Shown: piece by piece, positions 12,050 through 24,029 of the stretch
How the letters are laid out: every line of letters starts with the position of its first letter
Numbering within the stretch: position 1 is the stretch's first letter
Source: Bacillus subtilis subsp. subtilis str. 168
GTDB taxonomy: Bacteria; Bacillota; Bacilli; Bacillales; Bacillaceae
Direction of reading: 5' to 3'
Assembly (NCBI RefSeq): GCF_000009045.1
Contig: NC_000964.3
Coordinates: forward strand, 3,870,001 to 3,902,000
DNA length: 32,000 nucleotides
Translations under genes and position numbers: made by a program
Notes under the pieces: model-generated
Seen by the model: the letters and a program-made list of their open reading frames with translations, nothing else
The model's database searches: none
What the model was told of the DNA's origin: nothing

Positions 12050-12063
12050 TGTAAGCGCTTTAA
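12050..12063. promoter_or_regulatory. Catabolite-responsive element (cre)-like site in rocG leader
   Basis: Plus strand TGTAAGCGCTTTAA (minus TTAAAGCGCTTACA) resembles TGWAARCGYTWNCA; lies downstream of the rocG -24/-12 promoter. Confidence 0.75.
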
Positions 12064-12111
12064 AAAATCAGCCCGCCAATTCCTTTCTTCATTGGATTCA
12101 CCCTTATCATC

Positions 12112-12128
12112 ATGCAAGATCCGTACCA
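12112..12128 (-). promoter_or_regulatory. Sigma-54 (SigL) -24/-12 promoter of rocG
   Basis: Minus strand TGGTACGGATCTTGCAT matches TGGCAC-N5-TTGCW with one mismatch in the -24 element. Confidence 0.87.
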
Positions 12129-12141
12129 GCTTTTGAATCCA

Positions 12142-12173
12142 CAAAAAAAGAGACTGAAAACATCTCAGTCTCT
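12142..12173 (-). terminator. Rho-independent terminator of yweA
   Basis: AGAGACTGA-N7-TCAGTCTCT hairpin with a T-run on the minus strand, just past the yweA stop. Confidence 0.85.
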
Positions 12174-12190
12174 GACTACAAATCTATCGA

Positions 12191-12655
12191 TTAACGGGGA
12201 TCAATCACCAGCTGCGTTTCAGCATAAAAACTGCCGATTCCCAAACCGTTTACTACATCGCCTTTAATCGTGTAAGTGCCTGCGCGAGGAAGAGTTTTAC
12301 GCACCATGACAAGGTCAAATTCGGATGCGCCTAACAAATCAAGCGTAAGCGGGAGTCTGACTGTTTTTCCATCGTTTAAAATCTGTGTTTCTTTCAGTGT
12401 TCTTCCATTCACTGAATCTCTTGTCGTAGCATGAAACCCGTCAGGAAATTGAAATTCTACCGCTCCAAGAGAAAGCACCGCATTTGGTTTATATGTCACT
12501 TCAATATCAGAAATGGTCCACTCTTTCGTGCTGTTAACTGTTTTTGCCTCGATTGATGCAGACTGTGCATGAGCTTGGCCCGAAGGAAGTAAGATTGATA
12601 GTAAAACAGCTGAACTGATGAATAATGAAGATACGAATGAAGTTCTTTTTAGCAT
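12191..12655 (-). CDS. yweA: Secreted paralogue of the biofilm hydrophobin BslA (YuaB)
   Basis: 154-aa protein with signal peptide (MLKRTSFVSSLFISSAVLLSILLPSGQAHA) and BslA-like mature region. Confidence 0.9.
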   Translation of the reverse strand: MLKRTSFVSSLFISSAVLLSILLPSGQAHAQSASIEAKTVNSTKEWTISDIEVTYKPNAVLSLGAVEFQFPDGFHATTRDSVNGRTLKETQILNDGKTVRLPLTLDLLGASEFDLVMVRKTLPRAGTYTIKGDVVNGLGIGSFYAETQLVIDPR

Positions 12656-12929
12656 GACATTTCCCCCTAATTGATTGTTGAAATTTGGCCAGAGCGTCCT
12701 CTGCAGAAAAAGCGCTTTTTCATAATTCGCGAATTACCAGTTCTTTTTCTTAAAAATTAATCTATCATCATTTTCCATGGAAGTAAATGTTTTTTAAGGA
12801 ATATTAACACTTGGAATTCAATGAGAATTCCTTCCTGTTTATACAAGGTTCAAATGGACGATTTCCCTCTCTTTTTCTAGTAACATCTGCCTGACATTTT
12901 ATATCTTTTATCCTATTTTAAAAAAGGGC

Positions 12930-12961
12930 AAAAAAAGTCGAAGATGCCTCTGCTCTTCGAT
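12930..12961 (-). terminator. Rho-independent terminator of the sps operon
   Basis: TCGAAG...CTTCGA inverted repeat followed on the minus strand by a T-run, between yweA and spsL. Confidence 0.75.
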
Positions 12962-12978
12962 TGATCACGTTCCTATTT

Positions 12979-13440
12979 TTATCTGAATTCAGTGTTCCAG
13001 TTAAAACCGATCGTCTCATCATCCCACGGAATTCTTTTTTCATCAGGCTGATCCGGGTTATACGACATGGTGGTAAAATAGATAATTGTCAGCGGCGTCT
13101 CTCCCAGCACTCTATATCCGTGAGCCACCCCTTTTGGGATTAATAACAGCATCGGGTTGTCTTCGCCCATATAATAGACGTCCGTTTCTCCTTTTGTCTT
13201 TGAATCCTCTCGAAGATCGTATAGGACAACCTGAGCGTGGCCGGTTGGGAAGAACCAGAGATCATCCTGCTTCTCATGATAATGAAATGCCTTAATCACA
13301 CCCGGATAGCTTTTCGACCAAGAGGCCTGCCCAAAATGCTCAAGGAGATTCTCATCGTCCCGGACCAGCTCAGCAAAAAAGCCTCTGTCATCGCTATGCT
13401 TCATCAATTTTTTCACCTTGACTCCATCAATCACACGCAC
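12979..13440 (-). CDS. spsL: dTDP-4-dehydrorhamnose 3,5-epimerase-like (RmlC family) protein
   Basis: VRVIDGVKVKKLMKHSDDRGFFAELVRDD...; RmlC-type cupin. GTG start at 13440 or 13434 is likelier than the ORF-track start 13509, given AAAGGAG at about 13443-13450. Confidence 0.88.
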   Translation of the reverse strand: MRVIDGVKVKKLMKHSDDRGFFAELVRDDENLLEHFGQASWSKSYPGVIKAFHYHEKQDDLWFFPTGHAQVVLYDLREDSKTKGETDVYYMGEDNPMLLLIPKGVAHGYRVLGETPLTIIYFTTMSYNPDQPDEKRIPWDDETIGFNWNTEFR

Positions 13441-14278
13441 TGCTCCTTTCCTGCAAATACTCTCGTAACGCTTCCCGCCAGTGGCGGGGGCGGATGCCGG
13501 CTTCTTCAATAGCCCGATGGCTCAGCACAGAGTATGCCGGACGGGGCGTTTTGTTCCCGTATTCCTCTGTCGTTACAGACAAAATGGCTGTTTCCAGCCC
13601 GCTTTCTTCCATAATTGCCGTCGCAAACTCATACCAGCTGCATATGCCTGAATTGCTGACATGATAGATGCCCGGCGGATGGCTGAACAGCTTGATGACC
13701 GCTTCTGCTAAATCCTTCGTATAAGTCGGCGAACCAATTTGATCGCTGACAACCCGAAGCTCTTGTTTCGTTTCAGCAAGTTTCAGCATGGTTTCAACGA
13801 AATTACTGCCGCCATGTCCGTACACCCACGATGTCCTGATGATCGTGCTGTCTTTTGTCGTTAATCGTATCAGTTCTTCTCCGAGCCTTTTGCTTTTGCC
13901 ATAAATGGTTTTCGGATCGAGGGGATCGTCTTCCCTATATGGCTGGGTTCCTTTCCCATTGAATACATAGTCCGTGCTGATATGAACATATTGAGCTCCG
14001 ATGCGGGTTGACTCAAGCGCTGTATAATAAGCGCCGATTCCGTTAATCAAGTACGCTTTATCAAGCTCTTTCTCGCATTGATCAACCGACGTAAACGCGG
14101 CGCTATTGACCACGATATCCGGCTGATAATGGCCAAACGAATGCCGTACTGAGCGCTGGTCAGCAATGTTCATCATCTTCTTTGTTAACGCAATGACCTC
14201 ATATCCGGCTTGCTTCAGCTGGCGGCATAGTTCCAAGCCAAGCTGTCCTCCCGCCCCAGTCACCAATACCTTTGTCAA
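13427..14278 (-). CDS. spsK: dTDP-4-dehydrorhamnose reductase (RmlD family)
   Basis: MTKVLVTGAGGQLGLELCRQLKQAGYEV..., VHISTDYVFNG motif. Confidence 0.95.
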   Translation of the reverse strand: MTKVLVTGAGGQLGLELCRQLKQAGYEVIALTKKMMNIADQRSVRHSFGHYQPDIVVNSAAFTSVDQCEKELDKAYLINGIGAYYTALESTRIGAQYVHISTDYVFNGKGTQPYREDDPLDPKTIYGKSKRLGEELIRLTTKDSTIIRTSWVYGHGGSNFVETMLKLAETKQELRVVSDQIGSPTYTKDLAEAVIKLFSHPPGIYHVSNSGICSWYEFATAIMEESGLETAILSVTTEEYGNKTPRPAYSVLSHRAIEEAGIRPRHWREALREYLQERSSACD

Positions 14279-14291
14279 TCAGATCACCTTC

Positions 14292-15239
14292 TCATCGGTC
14301 ATTGTCTGTATACCACTGAATCGTACGCGCAATGCCTTCTTCAAACGTCACTTCCTGCCGCCAGCCCAGTTCGTTTTTCAGCTTTGATGCATTGATCGCA
14401 TAGCGCCGGTCATGCCCTTTTCGGTCTTCCACGTGGGCGAACAATTCCTCACAGCCCAGATGCTTCAAAATGACACTCGCCAGCTCTTTATTCGTGCGTT
14501 CATTTCCGCCGCCGATGTTATACACCTCGCCGTCGGTCCCTTTTTCTAAAATCAGCTTGATCGCGCGGCAATGATCCTCCGCAAACAGCCAGTCTCGGAT
14601 CTGGAGTCCATCGCCATACAGCGGAACAGGCAGGCCCTGCTTCGCATGACGGATAATCGTCGGAATCATTTTTTCGCTGTGCTGATAAGGTCCGTAATTG
14701 TTGCTGCATCGTGTAATGATGGCCGGAAGCTTGTGGGTTTTCACATAAGACAACACGAGCAAATCAGAGCTTGCTTTGCTGGCTGAGTATGGGTTATTAG
14801 GAGAAAGCGGCGTCGTTTCTGTAAACGCGGGATCATCCGCTTTTAAATCCCCGTATACCTCATCTGTTGAAATATGAATCAGCTTCTTGGCTTTTCCTTT
14901 CAAGACCGCTTCCGCCAATCGGTATGTCCCCATGACATTTGTGGTGATAAACGGCTCCGCTTGGGAAATGCTTCTGTCCACATGCGATTCTGCTGCGAAG
15001 TGAATGACGCCATCGTAGGTCTCGTCAAAAGCGCGGTCGATATCCTCCTGAACGCTGATGTCCCCTTTTACAAAGCGAAAACGGCTGTTTTGCTTTAATT
15101 TTTCCATTTCCTCCGGGTGGCTGGCGTACGTCAGTTTATCTAAAACGGTAATGCGCGCATCCGTTTCCCTCAGCATGAGCTTTGTAAACGTGAGCCCGAT
15201 GAAGCCGGCCCCGCCTGTAATTAAATATGATTTTGCCAT
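14292..15239 (-). CDS. spsJ: dTDP-glucose 4,6-dehydratase (RmlB family)
   Basis: [25 protein letters not shown]..., ISTDEVYGD and YSASKASSD motifs. ATG at 15239 overlaps the spsI stop by 1 bp. Confidence 0.95.
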
Positions 15240-15979
15240 CACTTTTCGTCCTGTCCTTTCCGTAAAGCCTGGTGTACAAGCTGGGAAGCGAGATAAAGCG
15301 ATTCGTGAGTTCCGGCATCTACCCACCAGCCTGATAACACATCATACGTAAGCTGGCTGTTTTCGATGTATAGATTATTCACATCGGTGATTTCCAGCTC
15401 GCCGCGCTTTGATGGTGATATTTGTTCAATATATGAAAACACCTCTGCATCATACATATAAATGCCGGTAACACAAAGGTTGGTCGGTGGCTGTTCGGGC
15501 TTTTCGATGATGGAACGAATCCGCTTGTTTTTCTCATCAATCTCAGCAATCCCGAAACGTTCCGGGTCATCAACTTCTTTCAGAAGCACTTTTGCTCCTT
15601 TCCCCTGCTGTTCAAAGCGTTCTGTATAAGGCTTTAATGAATCTTCAAATATATTATCACCTAATAATAAAATGAAAGACTCTTTTTTCGTAAAGCGCTT
15701 TGCATAAGACAGCCCATCCGAAATGCCCGATGCTGCCGGCTGTACTTGATAAGTGATAGTAACGCCAAGCTCTTCCCCGTTCCCAAGCAGTTTGTAAAAT
15801 TGCGGCATATGCTCCTTTTGGCTGATGAGTAAAATGTCTTTTATTCCGGCTTCCTGCAGCTTCATAATCGACCAGTATATCATCGGATACGGGCCTACAG
15901 GAAGCAAATGCTTGTTGACGGCTTTCGTTAAGGGCATAAGGCGTGAGCCGTTTCCTCCGGCTAAAATAACACCTTTCAC
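15239..15979 (-). CDS. spsI: Glucose-1-phosphate thymidylyltransferase (RmlA family)
   Basis: [38 protein letters not shown]... Confidence 0.96.
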
Positions 15980-16003
15980 ATTAACACTTCCTTACATGCA
16001 TTT

Positions 16004-17023
16004 TTATATCTCTTGTTCATATAAATCTTGAAGAATAGCTGTTACCCGTATAATGCCTTTGCCATCCACGAGCGGCCTTCCTCCCTTGTGCAAAGAAAGG
16101 CGAAGAGGATAGCTGCTCATAATGCGTGACATCTGATAGATGAGTGTTTCATCCGGTACAAGCTCACCCAATCCAAGATCAAGAGCGGCGCCTTGGTCAG
16201 CAAATGTTTTGGCTGTAGCCGTTTGATGCTCAACCTGAGAAAGAACAAGGCACGGCACGCCGATGCAAATGGCTTCATATAGAGAGATGCCGCCAGCGAC
16301 AATGGCTGCGTCCGCTTGTTTCATCAAACCTGCCATATCATTTGTCTGTTCGATCATCTTGTACTGCGGCTTCTTTTCGATCCGCCTTCGGACTGCCTCT
16401 TGATGCGGTGAAGCGCTCCCCATCACAAACATCATGTTTTTGTCTTTTATGTCGGGGACTTGATCAGCGGCAGCCAGCACTTTAAAAATAAGCTGCTTCG
16501 GATCACTTCCTCCTAATGCAACAAGGATATTGCGGCAGTCTTTCTTAAGTGTGTAATCCTCTCTTGCGGCCTGAAAGGCGGGGTGAAGAATAAGATAGTC
16601 CGGACCTTCATAGATGCGTGTGTTTCCCTGAACGTACACCCTGCTTCTGATGTCACCGTAAATTCCGTTAATGACTGCGTCACTATATTGAATCGATTTA
16701 CCGTTTTTCTCTTCAAAAAGAACAATTTTCGCATCTGTCTCCGTCTTTATTTTCTTTAACAGCTCTGCAGGCGCGCCTAGAATATCAAACAAAAGCAAAT
16801 CAAGCTTCTTGCTTTTTATTTCCCGGAGAATAAATTCGTGCTGCTGCAGCTCCGGCTTTACGATGACCTGCCAATGCTCTTCATGAAGAAACGCTTCAGA
16901 ATCCTGATTCGTATAAAACGTAATCAAGCATCGCTGTTTGAGCCCCTCCGCAAGCCTCTTCATCCGGACAACATGGCCCATTCCCTTTTCATAGCCGCCG
17001 TCTGCGAAGATCCCAACATGCAT
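16004..17023 (-). CDS. spsG: Nonulosonate-pathway UDP-sugar hydrolase-like protein (PseG-like)
   Basis: MHVGIFADGGYEKGMGHVVRMKRLAEGL... typical of PseG/GT28-like proteins; neighbours are spsE and spsF. Confidence 0.9.
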   Translation of the reverse strand: MHVGIFADGGYEKGMGHVVRMKRLAEGLKQRCLITFYTNQDSEAFLHEEHWQVIVKPELQQHEFILREIKSKKLDLLLFDILGAPAELLKKIKTETDAKIVLFEEKNGKSIQYSDAVINGIYGDIRSRVYVQGNTRIYEGPDYLILHPAFQAAREDYTLKKDCRNILVALGGSDPKQLIFKVLAAADQVPDIKDKNMMFVMGSASPHQEAVRRRIEKKPQYKMIEQTNDMAGLMKQADAAIVAGGISLYEAICIGVPCLVLSQVEHQTATAKTFADQGAALDLGLGELVPDETLIYQMSRIMSSYPLRLSLHKGGRPLVDGKGIIRVTAILQDLYEQEI

Positions 17024-17025
17024 GG

Positions 17026-17748
17026 CTAGTCAGCCTCTCGTTCGGTTGCCGCATCGGGGTTCCGGTTCAGAAGGGTGATAAGCTCTGAGGCGGATACATC
17101 GGGGCGCTCGCCTGCTTTTTGATAGAGGGCCTTTATCGATTCATAGTCTTCCTTTGTATCAATGGTCAGCCGATATTGAGGGGCGCGAAATCGTTCCGGC
17201 GCCTCTAAAAACTGAACACGATAAAGAGCTGGATGATTCCTTATATATAACGTGACATGCTCCTGATATTGATCCTCCAAAGCCTGAATACGGCTGATGT
17301 CAATTAACAGGTTGGCGTTGACCACTTCGCCGCAAATCCCTAATGGGGCATTCAGGATATACGTATAATCCGAGCCTTGATCAAAATGCGCCTGAATCAT
17401 TACATCGAGCAGCTCAGGATCGACAAACGGATTATCACCTGTTAACCGGATGATGACTGACGGTTTAACAGCTTCTATGACCTTCACAAACCTATCGAGG
17501 ACACGTTCTTCGCTCCCGCGGAAAACACGAAAGCCTTGTTTGATACAGTGCGCCTCTAATATGTCGTCAGTTTCTTTGTCAGACGTGGCGATGACAAGAT
17601 TATCCCGATCCTTTTGGTAAAACGCGCTTTGCCGGACACGGTGAACGAGAATATCAAGTAAACGATTCGATCCGAGCGGCCGAAGCACTTTTCCCGGAAG
17701 CCTTGTTGAACCCATTCTTGCTTGAATGATAAAGAGAATATCATTCAT
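17026..17748 (-). CDS. spsF: CMP-sugar synthetase-like cytidylyltransferase
   Basis: MNDILFIIQARMGSTRLPGKVLRPLGSNRLLDILVHRV... Confidence 0.93.
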   Translation of the reverse strand: MNDILFIIQARMGSTRLPGKVLRPLGSNRLLDILVHRVRQSAFYQKDRDNLVIATSDKETDDILEAHCIKQGFRVFRGSEERVLDRFVKVIEAVKPSVIIRLTGDNPFVDPELLDVMIQAHFDQGSDYTYILNAPLGICGEVVNANLLIDISRIQALEDQYQEHVTLYIRNHPALYRVQFLEAPERFRAPQYRLTIDTKEDYESIKALYQKAGERPDVSASELITLLNRNPDAATEREAD

Positions 17749-18862
17749 GAAACGGGCTGTCCTTCAGTAAAATGTCATCCCAGACAATGCCTGTGTCGGC
17801 TGGAATGTCTCTTACAGCCCGAACACCGCTGGTCAGCAGTTCAAAAAATCTCGGGTGCAGCCCCTGCGGCTTTTGTCCGGGCCGAAGCACTGCGATATTG
17901 TCTTCACTAAAGGCTTCACCTTTTTGAATCGGAGCTGTTGTAAAAATGCCTCTGTATGCAAAGTTTCTGATTTCTCCTTCGATGGCGGTCGTTGTTTTGT
18001 ATGAACTGCCAAGCAGTTTTTCAGAGACCGGCTTTGTGATCCCCTGTTTCAGCTCAGCTTCCGTTTTCCTGATGCCATCGACCATTTCTTTCAATTCATC
18101 CGGATTTAATGCAAACGAGTGGTCAGCACCCGGCAGATTTTTATCGATCGTAAAATGCTTTTCTATCAGTTTTGCTCCGAGCCGAACCGCGGCACACGGC
18201 GCTTCTGTCGGATGCTCGCTATGATCGGAGAAGCCGATTACCGCCTCAGGAAAAGCGGCGGCAAGCATCGGAATGACGCTGAGGTTGCTGTACTCCGGCG
18301 GTGCTGGGTATTTCGCCACACAATGCATTATGGCAATTTGATTGTTTCCCTCTGCCCTGATGGTGCGCCAAGCTTCGTGAACATCAGAGATTTCAGCTCC
18401 GGCTGTCGAGAAAATCATCGGCCTGTTCAGCCGGGCGACATATTTAAGCAGCGGGAGATGGTTAATTTCATAGGATGCGATTTTAAAAGCGCTCGGCGAG
18501 GTAGACTGAAGCAGATCAGCTGACCCCTCGTCACATACCGTACTTAAAAAGATCACCTGCTTTTCGCGGCAGTAATCCAATAGCGGTAAAATCCACTCAG
18601 CAGGCATTTCCATAGATTGAACCAAAGAAAAAATAGAGACGTCCTTGCCCGCTGCCGTCTTGTACAAACCAGGATCTTTCTGGTACATCCTATCAGCTTG
18701 GAACATTTGAAATTTCACGGCATCCGCTCCCGCTTCCGCCGCGGCGTCTATCAGCGCAAAAGCCTGATCAAGCTTCCCGTCATGATTAATCCCCGCCTCA
18801 GCAATAATAAAAACAGGAGCGTCTTTGCCTACAGTTTTATTCGCGATCTGAAACGCTGCCAT
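17741..18862 (-). CDS. spsE: NeuB/PseI-family nonulosonic acid synthase
   Basis: MAAFQIANKTVGKDAPVFIIAEAGINHDGKLDQAF..., IGFSDHS and KLIEKHFTIDK motifs, C-terminal SAF-like region. Confidence 0.95.
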   Translation of the reverse strand: MAAFQIANKTVGKDAPVFIIAEAGINHDGKLDQAFALIDAAAEAGADAVKFQMFQADRMYQKDPGLYKTAAGKDVSIFSLVQSMEMPAEWILPLLDYCREKQVIFLSTVCDEGSADLLQSTSPSAFKIASYEINHLPLLKYVARLNRPMIFSTAGAEISDVHEAWRTIRAEGNNQIAIMHCVAKYPAPPEYSNLSVIPMLAAAFPEAVIGFSDHSEHPTEAPCAAVRLGAKLIEKHFTIDKNLPGADHSFALNPDELKEMVDGIRKTEAELKQGITKPVSEKLLGSSYKTTTAIEGEIRNFAYRGIFTTAPIQKGEAFSEDNIAVLRPGQKPQGLHPRFFELLTSGVRAVRDIPADTGIVWDDILLKDSPFHE

Positions 18863-19731
18863 TATTTCGCCTCCTTGCCCGGCCAAATATGATAATAGTA
18901 ATACGATTGTTCAGCGGTGAAGCCCATTCGTTCATAAAGGCGGATCGCCCTTACATTGTGAAGCTGCGTCCCCGCTGTTACCGTTCTATGCTTCTGGGTC
19001 TCCGGTTGTTCTATGAGATTCGCCAATAAATGAAACGCAATACGTTTCCCTTCAAATCCCGGCTTTACAGCCATCAAATCGAGAATGCACTCATCATCTC
19101 TTGATAAGCCCTGAAGATAGCCGATGACCTCGCCATTGTGTTTAGCGACAATATTGACCGCCGCCCTTCCATTCAGATTGTTTCGTGTCCACTCCTGAAA
19201 TATTTCGTTTGCTGCATCGCGGCTGAGATGAGGATCCTGAAAATATCTGCTTTTTGTAAACGAGTCTCGGGCCAGCTCACATATCGCTTCTGTGTCTCCG
19301 GGCTCAGGCGGGCCCAGTTCAAAAAATGGCGGTGTTTTGTCATAAAAAGACGGAGGCATCGCCAGCTTCAGCAAACTCCCGACAAAGTAAGAGGATGGCT
19401 GCTGTTGTATCACATGCGCGGCTCCGATATCTTCAGCCGGAACACGGACAAAGATAAAATCCGTTTCATCCATTTGGCGTACAGTATAAAAAGCTTCAAA
19501 CAGCCTCTTTAGCTGCCCGGTACTATTTGCCGCAAGAAGTTTGACGTTCATGACTTTCTTCTGAAGCACCTTGCTTTCCCACAAAGAATCTTCGTAAAGC
19601 AATACGCCTTGGAGCCTGCTGTTTTCAAAAAGGCCGAGGGAAAATTGATACGGAACATCCAATGTAAGCTTTCTGCTTTGGAGAAATTCCTCAATTGCCT
19701 CTTTGGAGACATTTTCTTTTACCGTATACAC
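18862..19731 (-). CDS. spsD: GNAT-type N-acetyltransferase, polysaccharide pathway
   Basis: 289-aa ORF with C-terminal acetyltransferase signature (LDLMAVKPGFEGKRIAFHLL...NVRAIRLYERMGF). The ORF-track start is a GTG adjacent to the spsC stop. Confidence 0.9.
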   Translation of the reverse strand: MYTVKENVSKEAIEEFLQSRKLTLDVPYQFSLGLFENSRLQGVLLYEDSLWESKVLQKKVMNVKLLAANSTGQLKRLFEAFYTVRQMDETDFIFVRVPAEDIGAAHVIQQQPSSYFVGSLLKLAMPPSFYDKTPPFFELGPPEPGDTEAICELARDSFTKSRYFQDPHLSRDAANEIFQEWTRNNLNGRAAVNIVAKHNGEVIGYLQGLSRDDECILDLMAVKPGFEGKRIAFHLLANLIEQPETQKHRTVTAGTQLHNVRAIRLYERMGFTAEQSYYYYHIWPGKEAK

Positions 19732-20901
19732 TTAATCAGCCCCTTTTACGATATCCCGCACAGCTTCAATGACATCATCTACATCATCGTCAGACATTGA
19801 TGGATAGAGCGGGAGAGAAAGGGTTCGTTTATAGTAATTCATGGCATTCGGAAAGTCCGCTTCCTTATATCCAAATTGCTTTTGATAATACGGATGAATG
19901 TGTACTGGAATAAAATGAACGCTAGTGCCGATATTGTATTCATCCTTTAAAGCCGTAATCATTTCGCTGCGCGTAACCCCGGCCTTTTTTTCATCAACTT
20001 GCAGAACATATAGATGCCAGGCGTGCCTGCCGTCATCATGGACAAACGGCGTGATCAGCCCAGGAATCTGCTGAAAAGCGGTTTGATAGCGGCCGGCAAT
20101 CTCTTCTCTCCGTTTCTGCATATCATCCAGCCGTTTCAGCTGATGAAGTCCGAGGGCCGCCTGCAAATCAAACATATTCATCTTATAGCCGGGCGATTCG
20201 ACTTCATAGTACCAGCTGCCATTTGAAGAATAACGGTTCCATGCGGCTTTACTCATGCCGTGAAGGCTTAGCACCCGTATCTTATCGGCAAGCTCCTCAT
20301 CATCAGTCGTCAGCATGCCGCCTTCCCCTGTCGCGAGGTTTTTGGTGGCGTAAAAGCTGAATGCCGTTGCATCCCCGATAGAACCGATCATTCTTTGCTT
20401 ATAAGTCGTATATACCGCATGTGCCGCATCCTCCAGCACGAATAAACCATGATTTTGGGCAACAGCCAATATTGCATCCATATCGCAGGACTGCCCGCCA
20501 AAGTGGACGGGCACAACTGCTTTCGTTCGCGGTGTGACGGCCGCCTCAAGCTTTACCGGGTCAATATTGAGCGTGTTTTCGTCAATATCCGCAAACACAG
20601 GCGTCGCTCCCGTATGAATAATCGTATTGGCGGTCGAGCTGAACGTAAGCGGAGAGGTAATGACCTCGTCCCCGGGCCCAATCCCTTTTGCTTTCAAAGC
20701 CAAAAATAAAGCTGCGGTACATGAATTCACCGCCACGGCGTGCTTCGCCCCGACAAACGCGGCAAACTCTTTTTCAAACTGCTGAACCTTCGGGCCTTTA
20801 GAGAGCCATCCCGATTCAAGCGTTTCTGTAACCTCCTGAATTTCTTCCTTACCGATTAACGGCAATGAGTAAGGGAGAAAATGATTTCTCTTTTGCACCA
20901 T
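19732..20901 (-). CDS. spsC: PLP-dependent sugar aminotransferase (DegT/DnrJ/EryC1 family)
   Basis: MVQKRNHFLPYSLPLIGKEEIQEVTETLESGWLSKGPKVQQFE..., active-site-like SFYATKNLATGEGG. Confidence 0.95.
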   Translation of the reverse strand: MVQKRNHFLPYSLPLIGKEEIQEVTETLESGWLSKGPKVQQFEKEFAAFVGAKHAVAVNSCTAALFLALKAKGIGPGDEVITSPLTFSSTANTIIHTGATPVFADIDENTLNIDPVKLEAAVTPRTKAVVPVHFGGQSCDMDAILAVAQNHGLFVLEDAAHAVYTTYKQRMIGSIGDATAFSFYATKNLATGEGGMLTTDDEELADKIRVLSLHGMSKAAWNRYSSNGSWYYEVESPGYKMNMFDLQAALGLHQLKRLDDMQKRREEIAGRYQTAFQQIPGLITPFVHDDGRHAWHLYVLQVDEKKAGVTRSEMITALKDEYNIGTSVHFIPVHIHPYYQKQFGYKEADFPNAMNYYKRTLSLPLYPSMSDDDVDDVIEAVRDIVKGAD

Positions 20902-20921
20902 TTCTTTGCGCTCCTATCATT

Positions 20922-23124
<2,203 letters not shown>

Positions 23125-23440
23125 CTACACCTCCTTCTTGGAACTTCACACCTGAAACTATCGTTATCTTATGTTGCTTATGCTCAAGTTGCGCTAGGGA
23201 TACAAACCAATATGCGAAAAGTTTGTGTATGTTTCTGAAAAACAGCGGCTGCCCAGAGCGAAATCTGATCGGTCCGCTGTTCTTTTTCAGCATAATCCAA
23301 GCATCAGCCTCATAAGGTGAAAGAGATAAAAATCGCACCAGCGACTAAGATCGTTTTCCATCGGAGGTGAGTCATCGCGGAGCGTTCACCTATACATCCA
23401 GAACATGTTTTGAATGGTTTTCATAAAAAGGAGGAACGAT

Positions 23441-23986
23441 ATGAAACCGAAAAAAAATCAATATCAGCAAATGCAGGCATTTGATAATATGCAGGGGTAT
23501 CAGCCTCAGTTTGGCGCCAACCCGTACCCGCAGCAAGGCCAAGGCTCACAAATGCAGACAATGGGGATGCAGCCAATGATGCCAATGCAGCAGGGACAGC
23601 AAGGACAACAAGGACAGCAGGGATTTGGATTCCCGGGCCAGCAGCAGGGCGGCGGTTTTCAAATTCCATCGGGGCCTACACCGTCAGGACCGGGCCAAAG
23701 CGTTCCCGGCATGCTGCCTGTTGAGGAATCTTACATCGAGAATATTTTGCGCCTGAATCGGGGAAAAACGGCCACCATTTATATGACATTTGAAAACAGC
23801 AAGGAATGGGGCTCGAAGATTTTTCGCGGCGTCATCGAAGCTGCGGGCCGGGATCACATTATTATCAGCGACCCGAAATCAGGAACACGCTACCTGCTCC
23901 TGACAATCTACCTCGATTACATTACATTTGATGAAGAAATTGCTTATACGTATCCATATTCCATGGCGTCCTATTCGCCAAGATAA
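23441..23986 (+). CDS. gerQ: Spore coat protein GerQ (germination; transglutaminase substrate)
   Basis: MKPKKNQYQQMQAFDNMQGYQPQFGANPYPQQG...; Q/G/M/P-rich N-terminal half, conserved C-terminal domain; GGAGG upstream of ATG 23441. Confidence 0.96.
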   Translation: MKPKKNQYQQMQAFDNMQGYQPQFGANPYPQQGQGSQMQTMGMQPMMPMQQGQQGQQGQQGFGFPGQQQGGGFQIPSGPTPSGPGQSVPGMLPVEESYIENILRLNRGKTATIYMTFENSKEWGSKIFRGVIEAAGRDHIIISDPKSGTRYLLLTIYLDYITFDEEIAYTYPYSMASYSPR

Positions 23987-23987
23987 G

Positions 23988-24027
23988 AAAAAAGCCAATC
24001 ACTCATATGATGAGGATTGGCTTTTTT
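23988..24027. terminator. Bidirectional Rho-independent terminator between gerQ and ywdK
   Basis: AAAAAAGCCAATC...GATTGGCTTTTTT with inner CTCAT/ATGAG pairing, between convergent genes. Confidence 0.92.
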
Positions 24028-24029
24028 GT

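Noticed and set aside
13441-13509. ORF-track N-terminal extension of spsL (MKKPASAPATGGKRYES...)
   Set aside because: It overlaps the spsK end and adds residues without resemblance to RmlC. A GTG start nearer the AAAGGAG is more plausible.
23132-23400. Possible small RNA or small gene in the spsA-gerQ intergenic region (minus ORF 23114-23338)
   Set aside because: There is no strong promoter-terminator pair and the peptide lacks recognisable features. It is better explained as divergent promoter and leader DNA for spsA and gerQ.
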